Position numbers and translations under genes: made by a program. From Candidatus Heimdallarchaeota archaeon (GTDB taxonomy: Archaea; Asgardarchaeota; Heimdallarchaeia; Heimdallarchaeales; Heimdallarchaeaceae), in NCBI GenBank assembly GCA_018238545.1, contig JABCTC010000041.1:1-28062 (forward strand): 28,062 nucleotides of DNA, in the 5' to 3' direction. The notes below the pieces were generated by a model. That model saw only the letters and a program-made list of their open reading frames with translations. It did no database searches and was not told where the DNA came from. Positions 24,062-28,062 of this stretch are shown here, in pieces (position 1 is the first letter of the stretch; every line of letters starts with the position of its first letter).

Positions 24062-25261
24062 ATGGAAGAAATCGTAGTCAAAGATGACGAACAAATTGAG
24101 TTGAGTATTGTTGATGGTGACCTTGAAGTTCATGATGGGGCAATAATAAATGTATCTTCAAAGGTTGATAAATTGGTAATAAATGGTAATCTTGTTAGTA
24201 AGGGAGACATTGAAATCAATGGTTCCATAGAAGTTAAAGAGATTATTCATAAGAATGGCTATCTTGATGTTACAGGAGATATCCTTGCAGAAAGAATCAG
24301 AATTAGAAATGGATTAAGAGGAGGATCAAAACTAATTGTTGGAGGAAATCTTACAGCTGAGGAAACTACTATTGATGGCGGATTAGAAGTTGAGAAAGAT
24401 TTCAATTGTCCTAGTGTCGAGATAATGGGATCTTGTACGGTTTATGGAAATACCGATGTAGAAACATATGAAGTGAACGGATCAGCTAAACATGAGTTAA
24501 ATCTCAATGCTACAGAAGTTGACATAAGTGGATCTCTTAGAGTTGGTGAGGATGCAATTATTAAGGAAGAACTAGAAGTATCAGGTTCTGCGAAAATAGG
24601 TGGAACTCTGAACTGCCCTGAAGTTGAAGTTGGTGGATCCTTTGCATGTGATAACCTAATAACAAACAATACGGACGTAAGTGGATCAGCAAAAACTTCT
24701 ACAGCTCAAGTTGGAGATGAATTAGATGTTAGTGGATCGTACAAGTGCGAAGGAAGCATAATAGTCTCAAAATTGTCTGTGAGTGGTAGTTGCAAAATTG
24801 GAGATGATTCAAAAATCGAAAAACTAAGTGTAAGTGGTTCAAGCAAATCTGGAGACAACTGTAAATTTGTCAATATCAAGGTAAGTGGATCCTTAGGATT
24901 AGGAGCAGACAACATAGCTGAAAATATAGATGTTAGTGGATCCTGCAGTTCAGTTGGCTATTTGAAATTAAGTGAGAAACTACAAGTTAGTGGATCACTT
25001 ACTGGAGATGAAATTGAAGCAGGAGAGATTAGTGTTAGCGGTGGGTTGAGATGTGAAGTCGCCAAAGCAGATCTAATCAATATTAGTAGGAATTCTCGTG
25101 TGAGAGGTAAGCTCTTTGGAGGAATTGTAATCATAGGAGATGGAGCAAGAGTCGAAGATATTACTGCTGACAAAGTTGAATTAGGAAGAAAGGTTCGAGC
25201 TGGAGTGGTTGAAGCAGGAACAATTGATGCGGACCCATCTGCCAAATATACAAAAGGCTAG
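24062..25261 (+). CDS. Polymer-forming cytoskeletal (bactofilin-like) beta-helix repeat protein
   Basis: At least 14 [VI]xG[SG] repeats at 16-18 aa spacing; V/I/G/S/E-rich; no TM helix or signal peptide; GGTGA RBS. Confidence 0.8.
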   Translation: MEEIVVKDDEQIELSIVDGDLEVHDGAIINVSSKVDKLVINGNLVSKGDIEINGSIEVKEIIHKNGYLDVTGDILAERIRIRNGLRGGSKLIVGGNLTAEETTIDGGLEVEKDFNCPSVEIMGSCTVYGNTDVETYEVNGSAKHELNLNATEVDISGSLRVGEDAIIKEELEVSGSAKIGGTLNCPEVEVGGSFACDNLITNNTDVSGSAKTSTAQVGDELDVSGSYKCEGSIIVSKLSVSGSCKIGDDSKIEKLSVSGSSKSGDNCKFVNIKVSGSLGLGADNIAENIDVSGSCSSVGYLKLSEKLQVSGSLTGDEIEAGEISVSGGLRCEVAKADLINISRNSRVRGKLFGGIVIIGDGARVEDITADKVELGRKVRAGVVEAGTIDADPSAKYTKG

Positions 25262-25290
25262 ATATCACCAATTTAGTAGGTGGATGTTCA

Positions 25291-25330
25291 TGAGCTCCAG
25301 TTATTCTGGGGCTCAAACTTTTTATTTCTT
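25291..25330 (+). terminator. Hairpin plus T-tract terminator
   Basis: TGAGCTCCAG-TTATT-CTGGGGCTCA (10 bp, one G-U pair), then TTTTTATTTCTT. Confidence 0.7.
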
Positions 25331-25362
25331 GAAGTTAAAATATTTAGTAGAAGGAAATTAAC

Positions 25363-25665
25363 ATGCCGGTTGTAAATAGATCACGATATGATATTTATGC
25401 TGACATTCTATTAGTCCTTGAATTCTATTCAGAAGCGGGAATATCACAGATTGCTAGAAGAGCTAATCTCCCACTAGATAGAGCAAAAAAACTAATCATA
25501 TTCATGCAAGCACGTGGTCTGCTTGTAAGATACGATAACCCAGAGAAAAGACCAAAATTTATCTATAGAGCGACAAGCAAGGGAGCAGAATACGTAGCAT
25601 TATACAAAGAAATGGCGCGCTTAGTTGTTGAGATAACGGAAGATGAATTAGGTTTTATAGAATAA
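25363..25665 (+). CDS. Archaeal winged helix-turn-helix transcriptional regulator
   Basis: RSRYDIYADIL..ISQIARRANL..GLL..Y.AT.KG.EY pattern, typical of the COG3432/HTH_45-type family. Confidence 0.85.
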   Translation: MPVVNRSRYDIYADILLVLEFYSEAGISQIARRANLPLDRAKKLIIFMQARGLLVRYDNPEKRPKFIYRATSKGAEYVALYKEMARLVVEITEDELGFIE

Positions 25666-25713
25666 ACAAAACAAAACGAAAAAACTAAATAAATTATTAA
25701 CTTTACAACAGTT

Positions 25714-26538
25714 ATGATACATTTTCGAACCTTTAGGGAGAAAGATTGGAAAGAGTTTACAGCTATTGTTGAAGAAGCCTTTGAGAGGGAAAATATCCAG
25801 AAGAAGAATTTTATTGGGCTTCTAAAGGATGGGGGATTCATTGGTGCTTTTGAAAAAGACAAACTAGTGGGTTATCTAAGATTGCTAATTATGGAGGGTT
25901 ATGGCCACTTAGGACAGATAGCGGTTGAAAAAGAAGAAAGAGGCAAGGGATATGGCAATAAACTCATGATATATGCTATCAATTACTTCAAAGAAAAACA
26001 AATTAGTTCTGTTGGATTATATGTTGAAACAAAAAACAATGCCGCTATCTCTTTGTACAAAAAATATGGATTTAGAAAAAACCATGAAACATGGCATTAT
26101 TGGATAGAGAAGGATGGATTGAACAAAGTAGAAATAAGTGAAAATAGTTTTAGAAACACAAATCTTCGAATCTTAACTTCATCAGATTATAAGGAAGTCA
26201 TGAGAACTTTTCCTAATGCAAACGGTAACGAGCTAAAAACACATTTAGGAGACACAAGAAATATTGGTCTTTCAGGAGGGGTTTCTTTACCGCTTGGATT
26301 GTTTGTCGATGATAAATTGCAAGTATATGGAAGATTTAATCCCGAATTTCCAGGATGCAGACCATTCTGGGTCACAAAAGTTAGTTATTTCGATGAGTTT
26401 GTTAAACAAATGAAAGAATACAAGGAGAAAGATCATCTAAGAATAACTTTTGATAGGAATAATGACCTAGCTGAATTCTTTAATCAAAGAAACTACAGAC
26501 TACATCATCATTTGTGGATGATGGAGAAACAATTCTGA
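25714..26538 (+). CDS. GNAT family N-acetyltransferase with C-terminal extension
   Basis: IAV..ERGKGYG acetyl-CoA motif; N.AAISLYKKYGF motif. Confidence 0.9.
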   Translation: MIHFRTFREKDWKEFTAIVEEAFERENIQKKNFIGLLKDGGFIGAFEKDKLVGYLRLLIMEGYGHLGQIAVEKEERGKGYGNKLMIYAINYFKEKQISSVGLYVETKNNAAISLYKKYGFRKNHETWHYWIEKDGLNKVEISENSFRNTNLRILTSSDYKEVMRTFPNANGNELKTHLGDTRNIGLSGGVSLPLGLFVDDKLQVYGRFNPEFPGCRPFWVTKVSYFDEFVKQMKEYKEKDHLRITFDRNNDLAEFFNQRNYRLHHHLWMMEKQF

Positions 26539-26611
26539 AAAACCAAAATGTTATTTTTACTTATTGGTTCAAGGTTTTTATTACAAAAATCTCTTTTTTT
26601 TGCCTTTATAA

Positions 26612-27141
26612 GGGATTATCACAGTATACTATCAGATGCAATCTCAAGGTATTGAGGGAATTAGTAATACGGAATATCTTAGAGGAAAGTATCCTTGCTA
26701 CAATTATGCTATTCATTTTTTGGAATCTGAAGAAGTAACGAGACGAAGACTAGGTTACGCACTATTAGCCCCCCTTTTCAGAACTTTGCCAGAGGAAATT
26801 AAGGAATTAATACGCTACGTTTGGCAAAATGATACTGAGAAAAGGAAAATACCTTATTCTTTTGTTAAATGTTGTGAGAAAATATTCATGGATGAAGATT
26901 AACTCGTGATTCTTTTCATCACTAAACTTGTAATTGAGATTCAGTATGTATAGCTGAAGCTTCTGCAGCAATCTTTACCGGCAAAATTGAAGCGTTAAAA
27001 ATCTTAAAAGAAATTGGAATTCCAATTACGGAAAATCTTGAAAAGTTAGAAGATTTCGCTAATTTAATGAAAGCAAAACCTCCAGACCCTATTCAAACAG
27101 AATTAATAGATAAGGAAGAAGGTATCTTTACAATCCAATAA
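26612..27141 (+). pseudogene. Probable decayed gene of unknown function
   Basis: An 88 aa ORF (26636-26902) is followed by a startless, protein-like 67-codon open stretch in another frame (26938-27141: DSVCIAEASAAIFTGKIEALKILKEIG...FTIQ*), with stops between them. Confidence 0.5.
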
Positions 27142-27157
27142 ATTGAGCTGAATCGTC

Positions 27158-27190
27158 ATAGGAGACGCACTTCCGGGCGTCTCTACCTAT
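27158..27190. repeat. GC-rich inverted repeat
   Basis: ATAGG-AGACGC / GCGTCT-(CTA)-CCTAT with an 8-nt loop, in an AT-rich context. Confidence 0.6.
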
Positions 27191-27286
27191 TCCCGTTTAC
27201 TGAGCTTTTGTAAAAATCATAATAATTGTTTAAACAATCAGATTTGCCGCATTTACTAAGGAGGGCATGATATAGTTTACATTTAT

Positions 27287-27832
27287 TTGTGTGTATACTT
27301 TGCTTTCTTAATGAATGCCTTCTCTCCTGATATTAATACAGACCGCTTCAAGAAAGTTATGGCAGATTACGAAGCAATAACTGGCAAATCGCCTGCAGAC
27401 AACAATACGAGTCTTGAAGAGCTAATAGAGCAGTTCTATGAGATTAATCACAATGAGAGAGGGCTTATATGGTTCGATGATGAATTTTACCGGCTATTAA
27501 ACATAAACGTTTATGACTACGAATTCCCCAAAACTCAAGGATTTCAGCATATAATTAAAGGCCGATTTAATATACTGATTTATAAGCTTGAACTCCCTGA
27601 TGAGAAAAAAGTACAAATTATATGCGATTTTCTCAACTTACAAAACTTCAGTATTAGAAGAGTTAACATGACGAATAAAAAAAAATACAGCAATATTTAT
27701 AAAACCTTCTTACAAAATATCGTTGTTAGGGATTATTATCTGAATGATATGTATAATTCCAAATACGGCAGCCATTTTTACGGTGCTGATGAAATAGATA
27801 AGTTTAGGGCGAAATGGAAAAAACCGGCTTGA
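27287..27832 (+). CDS. Hypothetical protein (start uncertain, possibly 5'-truncated)
   Basis: 181 aa ORF from TTG; the frame stays open a further 9 codons upstream to a TAA; no family recognised. Confidence 0.55.
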   Translation: MCVYFAFLMNAFSPDINTDRFKKVMADYEAITGKSPADNNTSLEELIEQFYEINHNERGLIWFDDEFYRLLNINVYDYEFPKTQGFQHIIKGRFNILIYKLELPDEKKVQIICDFLNLQNFSIRRVNMTNKKKYSNIYKTFLQNIVVRDYYLNDMYNSKYGSHFYGADEIDKFRAKWKKPA

Positions 27833-27957
27833 ACGACATAGTGGCAAGCAACACTTACTATTAAGTGACCTCATTGCTGTCCTTGTTTCTTGTTTTGTTT
27901 ACAGTCTGGAAAATCTCGGCCACTAAAATTTAATTTTGCTTCTTACGGATTTGTGAA

Positions 27958-28062
27958 ATGTTCAAAGAATGGAAATTTATGTTGCGAGAGGTTGTAGATT
28001 ACTGGGAACTCTTCTACTACCTGACTCTCAAAGAAATTAAAATAAAATATAAGCAATCAATC
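27958..28062 (+). CDS. ABC-2 polysaccharide export permease (Wzm-like), N-terminal fragment, runs off the right edge
   Basis: MFKEWKFMLREVVDYWELFYYLTLKEIKIKYKQSI matches the Wzm/RfbA N-terminal pattern Y.EL...L...EIK..YKQS. Not in the supplied ORF track. Confidence 0.8.
   Translation, partial: MFKEWKFMLREVVDYWELFYYLTLKEIKIKYKQSI

Noticed and set aside
24520-25040. Recurring GTNAGTGGATC at about 51-nt multiples, superficially CRISPR-like
   Set aside because: These are the codons of the VSGS protein repeat inside an intact ORF. They are too short, vary at wobble positions, and no cas genes are present.
23988-25268. GATATCAC direct repeat flanking the bactofilin gene as a possible target-site duplication
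   Set aside because: An 8-bp AT-rich match is expected by chance, and there are no terminal inverted repeats or transposase.

Overview
AT-rich (about one-third GC by eye) archaeal-style chromosomal window. TATA/BRE boxes lie about 22-30 nt before many start codons, GGAGG/GGTGA ribosome-binding sites occur inside operons, and terminators are oligo-T tracts. Gene content suggests an Asgard (Heimdallarchaeia-like) archaeon, but that is inference. Left to right: (1) the 5' end of a structured RNA on the minus strand at the window edge, possibly RNase P RNA; (2) a membrane-anchored hypothetical protein, tRNA-Ser(GCT) and a VIT1/CCC1 metal transporter; (3) hypE-hypF; (4) a six-gene operon encoding only the membrane arm of a complex I-like/group 4 hydrogenase complex (NuoH, A, J, K, L and one M/N-like subunit), preceded by a structured leader; (5) accessory single genes: Zn-ribbon membrane protein, Tag glycosylase, APH-like kinase, DUF998, DUF1684, a DEDDh exonuclease fused to an NDT-like N-glycosidase, and upp; (6) a heterodimeric ABC exporter, an S9 peptidase, a long bactofilin-like beta-helix protein, a wHTH regulator and a GNAT; (7) a decayed region and the start of a wzm-like polysaccharide export permease. 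The best candidates for novelty are the exonuclease-NDT fusion next to upp, the catalytically 'headless' membrane-arm operon with altered charge residues and an RBS-sequestering leader, and the extended bactofilin. All family assignments come from motif recognition by eye; no searches were run.
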